Positions 9,993 through 18,577 of a DNA stretch of 64,000 nucleotides are shown piece by piece. The stretch comes from an uncultured Candidatus Saccharibacteria bacterium (GTDB taxonomy: Bacteria > Patescibacteriota > Minisyncoccia > Portnoybacterales > UBA2143), in NCBI GenBank assembly GCA_964548405.1, contig CAZJPW010000002.1, forward strand, positions 17-64,016, in the 5' to 3' direction. The notes below the pieces were generated by a model that saw only the letters and a list, made by a program, of their open reading frames with translations, was not told where the DNA came from and searched no databases. The first letter of the stretch is position 1, and the number at the start of each line of letters is the position of its first letter. The position numbers and the translations under genes were made by a program.

Positions 9993-10906
9993 ATTTCTAA
10001 ATTTTTTAGGTAATCATAAGCGTTTAAGGCTGCCTTGGCTCCCTCTCCAGCGGCAATAACAACTTGCTTATGAGATACATCTGTCACATCGCCGGCCGCA
10101 AATATATTGGGCTGAGATGTCTGATTTTTCGAATCGACTTTTATTTCCCCCTGTTCATTTAATTTTACCACATCTTTAACAAAAGAGGAATTAGCTAAAG
10201 AACCAATCGCTAAGAAAATACCTTGAACTGGCAATTCTTTGTTTTTTCCTTTAGTACCATTGCTGTAAACCAAACCACTAACAAACTTATCGCCTTTTAC
10301 CTCAACAACCTTGGCACTAGTCACCACCTCTATTTTATCAATTTTCCCAATCTTTTCCTGGAGAAACTCATCAGCCTGTAATTGCGGAGTAGTTTCCAAG
10401 ATATATATTTTGGAGGCATATTCAGCTAATTCTAAAGCAGTACCTAAACCAGCATTGGCTCCACCAATCACAGCCACTGCCCTATTTCGGAATAAAGGCG
10501 CGTCGCAAGTAGCGCAGTGACTAACGCCCTTACCAAAAAACTCTTCTTCGCCCGGTACGCCCAGCCTACGGGCAACCCGGCCGGTGGTTATAAGAGCGGT
10601 TTTAGTTTGATATCTCTGGTCATTTACCTTAATTTCCAATTCTGAATCATTTATCACTTTAACTTCTTCAACTTTTAGATTCTCTTTAATCTCAATCTCA
10701 TTTTTCTTTAAATGCTCTGTAAATTTATTAACCAAGTCCATCCCTGTAATATTAGCAAAGCCCGGATAATTCTGAATTAAAGGAGCATAACTCATTTGCC
10801 CACCCCAGTCTTTAGTAATTAAAAGCGCCTTTAACTTTTTCCTAGCTACGTAAATACCGGCACTAACAGAAGCCGGTCCTCCACCAACGATTATTAAATC
10901 ATACAT
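9989..10906 (-). CDS. trxB: Thioredoxin reductase
   Basis: GGGPA, CATCD, IFAAGDVT, AAGEG. Confidence 0.92.
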   Translation of the reverse strand: MYDLIIVGGGPASVSAGIYVARKKLKALLITKDWGGQMSYAPLIQNYPGFANITGMDLVNKFTEHLKKNEIEIKENLKVEEVKVINDSELEIKVNDQRYQTKTALITTGRVARRLGVPGEEEFFGKGVSHCATCDAPLFRNRAVAVIGGANAGLGTALELAEYASKIYILETTPQLQADEFLQEKIGKIDKIEVVTSAKVVEVKGDKFVSGLVYSNGTKGKNKELPVQGIFLAIGSLANSSFVKDVVKLNEQGEIKVDSKNQTSQPNIFAAGDVTDVSHKQVVIAAGEGAKAALNAYDYLKNLEI

Positions 10907-10913
10907 AGTTTTA

Positions 10914-11672
10914 TTATATATTAGCTAATTGAATACTTTCCAAGGTATATTTTCTTAAATTGGATATCTGCCAATCAGTTAAGACCTCACAGGCAAAACC
11001 CCAATGCATTGAAATCCAATCATCTATCTCAGGTTTTTTAATAAATCCCTCATCCCCAATCTTATAACCCACCTTCTGTAAAACCGGCTGGCCTAAAGAT
11101 AGCTTATCTCCATCAGAAACCAAAGGATGATATTCCACTTCTAAAGATGATTTCTTAGTTTTTTTAACCTGGCCCCAGCCAATCCGACATAAATCCATAG
11201 CATTCAAAGTTTGAATTGAATCAATATTATCAGCTTGCTTCCAAACACTTAAAACATGAAAATTATGATGAGCCCTGGCCCCTAAAGTAATTTTCTCTTT
11301 AATCCTATTAATGATTGGTTTAGATAATTTCTTTTTAATCTGAGATTTATCAACTAAATGATTATACAATCCTGACTTAGTAATATTTTCTAAAAGAGAA
11401 TTACCAATCCAATAGGCCTCAACCACCTTTTCGCTAAAAGGATCCTTAATTTGATTATGATGAGCAATCATCTTTAAATACGGATAAAGCGTTTGAAATT
11501 CTTCTAGAATCTGAATCATGCCCTGATCTGCCTTCTGATTCCGACAATAATCAAAAAGATCTTGGTTTTTATCGGGACCGCAAAAAGTCAAATGATTAGG
11601 CATAAAAGCATATCGCCCGCATTGAATAATACCTTTAAAATCGAATTGTGGCAACTGATTTGTTTTTAACAT
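10914..11672 (-). CDS. DUF6390-like protein with apparent HypC-like C-terminal region
   Basis: RYAFMPNHLTFCGP, VVEAYWIG, HHNFHV, DLCRIGWG, DWISMHWGFAC. Confidence 0.7.
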   Translation of the reverse strand: MLKTNQLPQFDFKGIIQCGRYAFMPNHLTFCGPDKNQDLFDYCRNQKADQGMIQILEEFQTLYPYLKMIAHHNQIKDPFSEKVVEAYWIGNSLLENITKSGLYNHLVDKSQIKKKLSKPIINRIKEKITLGARAHHNFHVLSVWKQADNIDSIQTLNAMDLCRIGWGQVKKTKKSSLEVEYHPLVSDGDKLSLGQPVLQKVGYKIGDEGFIKKPEIDDWISMHWGFACEVLTDWQISNLRKYTLESIQLANI

Positions 11673-12519
11673 AAACTACAGCCAGTAAAGCCAATATTAT
11701 ACCAAAAAATTGATTAACTAGTAAAGCTTGATTCAAAAACATCCATGATAAAAAGGTGGTTATAGGAGTGGCTAATAACAAAACCACAGCCGCTTCGGAA
11801 ACCTTGACATATTTCAAACCCAGATACCATGTAGAAACATAGCCGAAAAGTAAAACTGAAGTTATCATCACCCAACCGAGCTGGCCTAAACTTAAAGAAC
11901 CAATTAACCCCATCTGACCGGTTATTAGCAAAAACAAAAGAATAAAGATAGAACCAAAGAACATTCTTCCCCAGATAACAATCCGGGCAGGTAAATCATT
12001 CAATAGATATTTACTTAAGACATTTTCCCCGGCCCAGAACAGAGTCGCTATTAGAATTAAAAAATCGCCTAAACCAAAACTATGAGGAATTATTTTTAAC
12101 AAAAGAATATTACTTAAAAGTAGAATTAATCCGGCTATCAGGAAATTCTTGCTGATCTTTTCTTTTAAAAAAACAATCGCTAAGAGAGCGATATATATGA
12201 ACATGGTCTTATGAATAAAAGCAGCCTGCAGACCACTAGTTATAGAAAGTCCTTTGAAAAAAAGTAAAAATGGAACAGAACCGCCAATCAATCCAATTCC
12301 TAAAAGCAAAAACCATTGCTTTTTTCTTAAAGTTTTTAAAACCTTCCAATCTTTCATCATTAACAGCCAACTAACTATTAATAGGGCGACAATAACATTT
12401 TTCAAACCTGTGAAAATATATGGATTAATCACAGCCACTCCAAACTTATTAATAAATACAGACAAACCTGAAATAAAGGCTGTTGATAAGATTAATAAGA
12501 ATCCTTTGTTTTTATTCAT
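11635..12519 (-). CDS. DMT/EamA family transporter
   Basis: About 10 hydrophobic helices in two EamA repeats (FLKEKI). Confidence 0.88.
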   Translation of the reverse strand: MNKNKGFLLILSTAFISGLSVFINKFGVAVINPYIFTGLKNVIVALLIVSWLLMMKDWKVLKTLRKKQWFLLLGIGLIGGSVPFLLFFKGLSITSGLQAAFIHKTMFIYIALLAIVFLKEKISKNFLIAGLILLLSNILLLKIIPHSFGLGDFLILIATLFWAGENVLSKYLLNDLPARIVIWGRMFFGSIFILLFLLITGQMGLIGSLSLGQLGWVMITSVLLFGYVSTWYLGLKYVKVSEAAVVLLLATPITTFLSWMFLNQALLVNQFFGIILALLAVVYVKNKSVATIRF

Positions 12520-12542
12520 AAATAATATATACTTAAATTAAT

Positions 12543-12773
12543 ATGTGTTTAGCAACTCCATCAAAAGTTATTAAAATAGAAAAAGATGAAGCTATTGTCC
12601 AATCAGGTCATCACCAGCATCGGGTTAATTTAGATTTAATCAAAGATGTTAAAATTGGAGATTATCTGCTTATCCACAACGAAATGGCTTTGAATAAAAT
12701 GCCTCAAACTGAAGCCAAGAAAATCCTTAAAATGATTAATGACCATTCTACGACTAATGTACTGAACAAGTAA
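12543..12773 (+). CDS. hypC: HypC/HupF hydrogenase maturation chaperone
   Basis: MCLATP N-terminus, GDYLLIH. Confidence 0.92.
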   Translation: MCLATPSKVIKIEKDEAIVQSGHHQHRVNLDLIKDVKIGDYLLIHNEMALNKMPQTEAKKILKMINDHSTTNVLNK

Positions 12774-13962
12774 TGCAGGGATCATAGGCCCTAACTAACA
12801 TTGTAATTAGCCGTTCCAATTCTTTCTGGGAACGGTTTTTTGTTTGTTCTAATAAAGCTTGGGAACTCTTTTCAATTGAAGTTAAATTCTGAACTGTTGG
12901 AGTGATAATATTAGCCTCTTTAATAATACTATTTTTATCTAATAAAACCTCATGATAAAGTCCGCCTCGAGGCGCTTCTATAAATCCAATACCCTTTAAA
13001 GACGCATTACTTTTGGGTTTAACAGCTTTTGCTTTTAAATCCACCATTAACAGCTTTTTAATAAGCTCTCTGGCCTGCTCATGATAAATACCTATTTCAA
13101 TGGCCTGAGCCAAATTATTATGAAAGGGATTTTCAAAATCAACCTTGTATTTTTCTTCGTCATAATTCCTATGAACAGCCAACCGAGCCAAAGACCCAAC
13201 TAACATTTCTTGTCCTCGATATTTGCCAAACTTAGCTGTAGAATATTCTCTTAATTCTTCATCTATGGTTTCTTTGTAATTATTAGCTGATGATTCTTTA
13301 CGGCCTTTAATATTTTTAGAAGAAACAGCTATAATTTTATCTCCGTACAAAGCCACTAATTGCAAATCAACCTTTAATTTAGGAAATTCTATACCAGCTA
13401 CTAAATCAATTGTATCTTGGGCAGCTTTTTTAGTTTTTTCTAATTTCTTAAGTAATTTTTCTAAATTCTTCCTAGTAGGAACCTTATGAAATCCGCCAAT
13501 TCTAGTCTTGGTCGGATGAACAATCCTGCCGCCCACAATTCTAACAATTTCATCAGAAACTTCCTTTATAGATAAAGCTTTTTTAAAGACTTCTGGATTT
13601 TTCTCAGCCAGTTCTGTACCCCGATCAATCCCTAAATAGTCAGGTAGAGATAAAAAGAAAAGATGTAAAGCATGCGATTGAAGCATTTGACCGCAACTCA
13701 TTAAATCACGCAACAAAACCGTAGTTGGACTTACTTTAATATCATAGGCATTTTCAACAGCTCTTAAAGAAGCTAAATTATGGGCCGTCGGACAAACTCC
13801 GCAAATACGAGGCGTAATCCAATGCATTTCTTCAGCTGTCCGGCCGACTAACAAACCTTCGAAAAGCCGTTCGCCCTCATGAACGTTAAGTTTGACCTGG
13901 CCTTTTCTCCAGTCAATATCCAAACTCCCATGCCCTTCAATTTTAGCTATAAAATTATTCAT
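12754..13962 (-). CDS. hydA: Group 3b [NiFe]-hydrogenase large (alpha) subunit
   Basis: IEGHG, L1 RICGVCPTAH, EAPRG, L2 DPCITCSVH. Confidence 0.93.
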   Translation of the reverse strand: MNNFIAKIEGHGSLDIDWRKGQVKLNVHEGERLFEGLLVGRTAEEMHWITPRICGVCPTAHNLASLRAVENAYDIKVSPTTVLLRDLMSCGQMLQSHALHLFFLSLPDYLGIDRGTELAEKNPEVFKKALSIKEVSDEIVRIVGGRIVHPTKTRIGGFHKVPTRKNLEKLLKKLEKTKKAAQDTIDLVAGIEFPKLKVDLQLVALYGDKIIAVSSKNIKGRKESSANNYKETIDEELREYSTAKFGKYRGQEMLVGSLARLAVHRNYDEEKYKVDFENPFHNNLAQAIEIGIYHEQARELIKKLLMVDLKAKAVKPKSNASLKGIGFIEAPRGGLYHEVLLDKNSIIKEANIITPTVQNLTSIEKSSQALLEQTKNRSQKELERLITMLVRAYDPCITCSVH

Positions 13963-14687
13963 TTTACTTTATTTAAAAACATACTAAAATATCTATCAAT
14001 TTCTTTTTTATCTGTAATCTTATTAAGAATTTTTAAAAGATTTTTAACTTCAGCTTCTTCCCTATTACCAAAACAACCATAACAAGGTGAACCACTACTA
14101 ATACAAATAGCTTGACATCCGCCCTGGGTGATCGGGCCCAAGCAGGGTTTTTCATCTAAAAGTCTACAATCATTCCCAGCCTGCTTACATTCAAAACAAA
14201 CAGAATAACCGCGATATTTCGGTGTTTTACCGGCTAACAACTCCTCTAGAATTCTAACCAGTTCACCGCCATTAATAGGACAGCCATGGATTAAAAAATC
14301 AACTTTCACATAAGCGGACAAAGGCAAAGCATCAATTCCTCTTGGCTTATACTTTTTACCGTAAATCTTCTTGTACCACTTCTTTCTTTGATCCTTATCC
14401 ATAATTGCAGGAATACCACCTAAACAAGCACAAGCCCCTAAACTAATCAGTACTCCGGATTCTTCTCTTAATTTCTTTAACATTTCAACTTCATGTTTAG
14501 TAATAGGTGTTCCTTCGATAATAGTAACATCATAAGGACCAGGCTTATTATCCTCCTGGCCTAACCGCCAATTAACAATATCCACCCTTTTTTCCAAAAC
14601 TAAAAGCTTCTCTTTTAAAGAAACTAATTCTACTTCACATCCTTCACAATCTGTAAATTCAAATATGGCTACTTTTGGTTTAGGCAT
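13959..14687 (-). CDS. hydD: Group 3b [NiFe]-hydrogenase small (delta) subunit
   Basis: CEGC, GACA, GCP, VCFEC, CLGP, PCYGC. Confidence 0.93.
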   Translation of the reverse strand: MPKPKVAIFEFTDCEGCEVELVSLKEKLLVLEKRVDIVNWRLGQEDNKPGPYDVTIIEGTPITKHEVEMLKKLREESGVLISLGACACLGGIPAIMDKDQRKKWYKKIYGKKYKPRGIDALPLSAYVKVDFLIHGCPINGGELVRILEELLAGKTPKYRGYSVCFECKQAGNDCRLLDEKPCLGPITQGGCQAICISSGSPCYGCFGNREEAEVKNLLKILNKITDKKEIDRYFSMFLNKVK

Positions 14688-14690
14688 AAA

Positions 14691-15515
14691 TTAATCCCAA
14701 CTTTTATCTATCTGATCAAAATGGAAAACAGGCCCATCCTGACACACATACTTATCGCCCACGGTGCAATGCTGGCATTTACCAACCCCGCACTGCATCC
14801 TTCTCTCCATATTAACAAAAATCCTGCGATCAGAAATTCCCAAAGGCCTTAAAATCCTTTCTAAAGCATCCATCATTGGACCAGGACCACACATAGCTGA
14901 AACCGCATCCAACGGATCAATCTTAATGTCGCTGATTATGGCGGAAACCATCCCTACATGACCTTTCCATTCTTTATCCGGCTTATCCACAGTAAGCATA
15001 ACTTTAATATGTTTCCCCCATTTTTTTAAACTATCTTTCATTAATAAATCCTTGGGTGTTCGGGCTCCGTAAACCAAGTATGTTCGGCCAAACTTCCTCC
15101 TATATTCAAGAATATATTCTATCAAAGCAGCAATAGGAGGAATTCCGCAACCACCGGTCACCATAACAATGTCTTTGCCAGCCATAAAATCCACAGGAAA
15201 ACCATTGCCATAAGGACCACGCATGAATATCTGATTGCCTGCTTTTAATTGATGCATAGCTTTAGTTAAACAGCCAGCCCTCCTAACTACAATATCAATA
15301 TATTTAGTTTCAAAAGGAGAAGAAGCAATGCCAAAAGGCGCTTCTCCATAACCAAAATGACTAACTAGAATAAACTGTCCAGGGCTAAAGACAGTCCCTT
15401 GACTATTAACAAAAAAATTACCTTTTTCCTTTTGTAATCTAAAAAGCTTAACATTGCTTGAATGTTCCTCTACTTTGACGATATTCACCTTAAATGGCTT
15501 ATATATATTCTTCAT
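14691..15515 (-). CDS. hydG: Group 3b hydrogenase gamma subunit (FAD/NAD(P)-binding, 2Fe-2S)
   Basis: RGPYGNGF, GGCGIPP, CGP, MQCGVGKCQHC, CQDGPVF. Confidence 0.92.
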   Translation of the reverse strand: MKNIYKPFKVNIVKVEEHSSNVKLFRLQKEKGNFFVNSQGTVFSPGQFILVSHFGYGEAPFGIASSPFETKYIDIVVRRAGCLTKAMHQLKAGNQIFMRGPYGNGFPVDFMAGKDIVMVTGGCGIPPIAALIEYILEYRRKFGRTYLVYGARTPKDLLMKDSLKKWGKHIKVMLTVDKPDKEWKGHVGMVSAIISDIKIDPLDAVSAMCGPGPMMDALERILRPLGISDRRIFVNMERRMQCGVGKCQHCTVGDKYVCQDGPVFHFDQIDKSWD

Positions 15516-16429
15516 TGTTTTTTGTAATCTTTGACTATTTCTTTTAAAACATCACCGATCTTAATGCCAGCCGGGCAATGTTTGCCGCAATTACCGCAAG
15601 CCACGCATTGGGATTTGCCAAATTCTCTGTAAGCCCTAACAAACTTATGATAATACCAATTATAGTATCTTTCCTTGATTGTTTTATGGAAATCATGCCC
15701 GCCAGCTACTTGGGCAAACCTAGGCAGAGTACAAGCATCCCATTGACGACAACGAATACATTTAGCATCATCTAAAGTAACCCTATCATCAACTGAAAAA
15801 CAGTGGCATAAAGGACAAACATAAGTACAAATACCGCAGCCCAAGCACCTTCCAGCCAACTCATCCCAAATCTTGTGATGTTTCTTCCATGACCATTCCA
15901 CAGCTTCAGCCAGTAATTCTGGATCTAAAAGCATATTCTTAAAAGAATTATGTTTTGGCGGATAATCTATAACTCCGGGCTTTAAAACTTTTTTAAAAAA
16001 CTTATTCTTAACTAATCTCCTGCCCCTATTATTCAATATCCAAGTCCGATATTCCTTCTGATTAATTTTTTCTAAAACAATATCTCCGCCCTTAGGAACT
16101 TTAAACGACTTATCAATAATCCCGATTAAAATAGACTTATCCCTTTTCTGCCAATAAAAGAAATCCTTATTAGGCTTTTCCATTATCTCATCCAGCTGGG
16201 TCATCGCTTCTAATTCACTTAAATGACCGATGATTAATAGAAGATCCTCTGACTTATCAATAGTCTTTAATTTTTCAGTTTTTTTATCGAAATTAAAAAG
16301 ACCCTCCTTGGGTGGAAAAAAATATTGCTTAGGGGGCAAAGTATTTTTACGCGTATCAATCACTTTAAAATCTTTCTTCAACTCTGACAGCCAATCTTTA
16401 ATCTGATCTTTTTTAATGATTAATTCCAT
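15512..16429 (-). CDS. hydB: Group 3b hydrogenase beta subunit (Fe-S)
   Basis: CLGCGICTYVCPLCHCF, RQWDAC, CVACGNCGKHCP. Confidence 0.92.
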   Translation of the reverse strand: MELIIKKDQIKDWLSELKKDFKVIDTRKNTLPPKQYFFPPKEGLFNFDKKTEKLKTIDKSEDLLLIIGHLSELEAMTQLDEIMEKPNKDFFYWQKRDKSILIGIIDKSFKVPKGGDIVLEKINQKEYRTWILNNRGRRLVKNKFFKKVLKPGVIDYPPKHNSFKNMLLDPELLAEAVEWSWKKHHKIWDELAGRCLGCGICTYVCPLCHCFSVDDRVTLDDAKCIRCRQWDACTLPRFAQVAGGHDFHKTIKERYYNWYYHKFVRAYREFGKSQCVACGNCGKHCPAGIKIGDVLKEIVKDYKKQ

Positions 16430-16435
16430 AGATAT

Positions 16436-16444
16436 ATTTTAACA
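16436..16444 (-). promoter_or_regulatory. Extended -10 leaderless promoter of the hydrogenase operon
   Basis: TG-T-TAAAAT 6 nt before the hydB ATG. Confidence 0.55.
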
Positions 16445-16452
16445 TAAATTCT

Positions 16453-16499
16453 AAAAAACGAAAATCCTAGCCGATTCCTCCTTTCTTAACGGCTAGGAT
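16453..16499 (-). terminator. Intrinsic terminator
   Basis: 10-bp stem ATCCTAGCCG/CGGCTAGGAT followed by TTTCGTTTTTT. Confidence 0.7.
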
Positions 16500-16927
16500 C
16501 AAATATATTTATCTATTTTTTGAGATATTTGCTGTATTAATTCAAAACAGCGATATTTTTTAAGTACAACCACAACTGGAATTTTAGTATTCATCGCAAT
16601 CTTCCTATTACCAAAACCTGGTATCTCTGCTGTGAAAGTTATTCCTTCAAATACGCCTGATTTGGATAACTCTCTAGTTAACTCTTCATGTTTTCGCGCT
16701 CTCACTTCAGAACTTTTTACTTGAAGTGGAATATTCCGACCTCTTTTCATGATAATAAAATCAATGCCTCGCTTATCAAAAGATGTCCCTGTAGTGCGAA
16801 CAAAATTAGAAATCTCACCCGCTTTCTTCATCACTCCAAGAGCTTTTTCAACCTTATCTTCTGATCTTATCCCTCTAGCAAGACTTGCCAATAATCCCCT
16901 TTCACTACCAATCGCATTTATCTCCAT
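16499..16927 (-). CDS. Small PD-(D/E)XK nuclease-like protein
   Basis: E...GIDF...LQVKSS pattern; SD AAGGAGG before ATG at 16927. Confidence 0.55.
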   Translation of the reverse strand: MEINAIGSERGLLASLARGIRSEDKVEKALGVMKKAGEISNFVRTTGTSFDKRGIDFIIMKRGRNIPLQVKSSEVRARKHEELTRELSKSGVFEGITFTAEIPGFGNRKIAMNTKIPVVVVLKKYRCFELIQQISQKIDKYI

Positions 16928-16974
16928 AAGACAAACCTCCTTGTCTATGTTGTTAAAAAACAAAAACCGGAGAA

Positions 16975-17646
16975 TTATTCCCCGGTAGTTTGTTCCAAAG
17001 CTTTCTCAATTGCCTGTTCGAAAACGACAACGGGTTGATTGCCCACTATTTCCTGTCCATCTATGAAAAATGTTGGTGTACCGCTCACTCCGGCTTCGCT
17101 AGCAGAATCAAACCATTCTTTTACTCTGTCTTCGTATTTTTTAGAATCATAACATACTTCAAAATTATCCTTATTCAAACCAATTTGGAGAGCCATGGCT
17201 TTTACGTCATCAGCTGATTGAAGCTCTTGGACATGCTCAAAAAAGTAATCGCTCATCTCTGAAAACTTATCCTCTTCCTGAGCACAAAGTATGGCTAAAC
17301 CTATTTCAGGCGGTGAAACGAATCTCGAAATCAACTTAACTTTGCCTGTTTTAATATATTTTTCCATCAATGGAGGCAAAGTATCTCTATGAAAATTAAC
17401 ACAATGACCGCAAAAATGACTAGAATATTCTACCATTGTTACGGCTGCTTCAGGATTACCTATAACATGATCCCCAACAGTCTGCTTTGAAACAATGGCA
17501 GATTTTGAAGATTCATCCTCTTGAGTAGTCCCCAGAATAGAAGAAATTTGTTTATCTGTTTGATCTTGGTTACGATTAGCATGCCAGACAATCCCTCCTA
17601 CAAGTGCCAAAGCAAGAAATCCTAAAATGTATGTTTTTTTATTCAT
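16975..17646 (-). CDS. Membrane-anchored DsbA/BdbD-like thiol-disulfide oxidoreductase
   Basis: N-terminal TM, CGHC, GVSGTPTFFI. Confidence 0.9.
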   Translation of the reverse strand: MNKKTYILGFLALALVGGIVWHANRNQDQTDKQISSILGTTQEDESSKSAIVSKQTVGDHVIGNPEAAVTMVEYSSHFCGHCVNFHRDTLPPLMEKYIKTGKVKLISRFVSPPEIGLAILCAQEEDKFSEMSDYFFEHVQELQSADDVKAMALQIGLNKDNFEVCYDSKKYEDRVKEWFDSASEAGVSGTPTFFIDGQEIVGNQPVVVFEQAIEKALEQTTGE

Positions 17647-17653
17647 ATTCTTA

Positions 17654-18517
17654 TTATATCGCTTTTTCTTTTATGAGTAAAGTTTTTTTAACTTGACTGC
17701 CTTCGGCAAAGCCGCCAATTTGGCCATCTGAACGAATTACCCGATGGCAAGGCACCCAAGAATTAGTATTTTTATTTAAGACATTACCCACAGCCCGAAA
17801 AGCCTTAGGATGATTAATCTTTTCCGCTACTTGCTTATAAGTCATTACCTGGCCTCTGGGAATCTTAGATACAGCATAATACACTTTATCTGTAAAAGGC
17901 AAGGTTTTAAACACAGGCCGAAAGCTTTTACGATGAATTTTTAAAGGGCCAAGTTCTCTTAATCTTTTTAAATGAAGTTTAGTGCCATAACCCTTATGCA
18001 GAGCAAATTCATATCCTGGATATTTGCAATCAAGCTTTTCCATTAATCTATCTCTAGAAACCTTAGCCATAATTGAAGCCAAGGCGATTAAAAGAATTTT
18101 ACTGTCTCCACCAATTATTGCCTGTTGATCAATTTTAACCATAGGTAACTCTTGATGCCCATCTAAAAACAAAAAACCAGGCTTCTGGTTTAATTTATTT
18201 AAACATCTTTGCCAAGCCAGTTGCGTAGCTTGTAAGATATTAATCTTGTCAATTACTTGAGGGCTAACAAAACTGACTTTCCACTCTAAACCCGGCTCCT
18301 GATCAACTATCTTAAACACCTCTTCTCTTTGCCTATGTGAAAGCTGTTTAGAATCTTTAATCTTAAGCTTAGTCAAAGATTTAGGAATTTGACTAGGAAT
18401 AACAACCACGGCAGCAGCCACCGGACCGGCTAACGGACCTCGTCCCACTTCATCAATCCCAGCCACTATCTTGTATCCCTGCCTGAATATTTGTTTTTCT
18501 AATCTAGAAAAAGCCAT
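17654..18517 (-). CDS. rnhB: Ribonuclease HII fused to O6-alkylguanine-DNA alkyltransferase (Ogt/MGMT) domain
   Basis: GIDEVGRGPLAGP, DSK, LDG, HKGYGT, HRKSF, then IPRGQVMTY, RAVG, PCHRV. Confidence 0.9.
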   Translation of the reverse strand: MAFSRLEKQIFRQGYKIVAGIDEVGRGPLAGPVAAAVVVIPSQIPKSLTKLKIKDSKQLSHRQREEVFKIVDQEPGLEWKVSFVSPQVIDKINILQATQLAWQRCLNKLNQKPGFLFLDGHQELPMVKIDQQAIIGGDSKILLIALASIMAKVSRDRLMEKLDCKYPGYEFALHKGYGTKLHLKRLRELGPLKIHRKSFRPVFKTLPFTDKVYYAVSKIPRGQVMTYKQVAEKINHPKAFRAVGNVLNKNTNSWVPCHRVIRSDGQIGGFAEGSQVKKTLLIKEKAI

Positions 18518-18524
18518 AAAATAT

Positions 18525-18556
18525 AAAGGAGTCCAAACCCTCCTGGACTCCTTTTT
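18525..18556. terminator. Hairpin/terminator between gyaR-like gene and rnhB
   Basis: 11-bp stem AAAGGAGTCCA/TGGACTCCTTT. Confidence 0.6.
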
Positions 18557-18577
18557 CAATACGTTTTGACAACAAAC

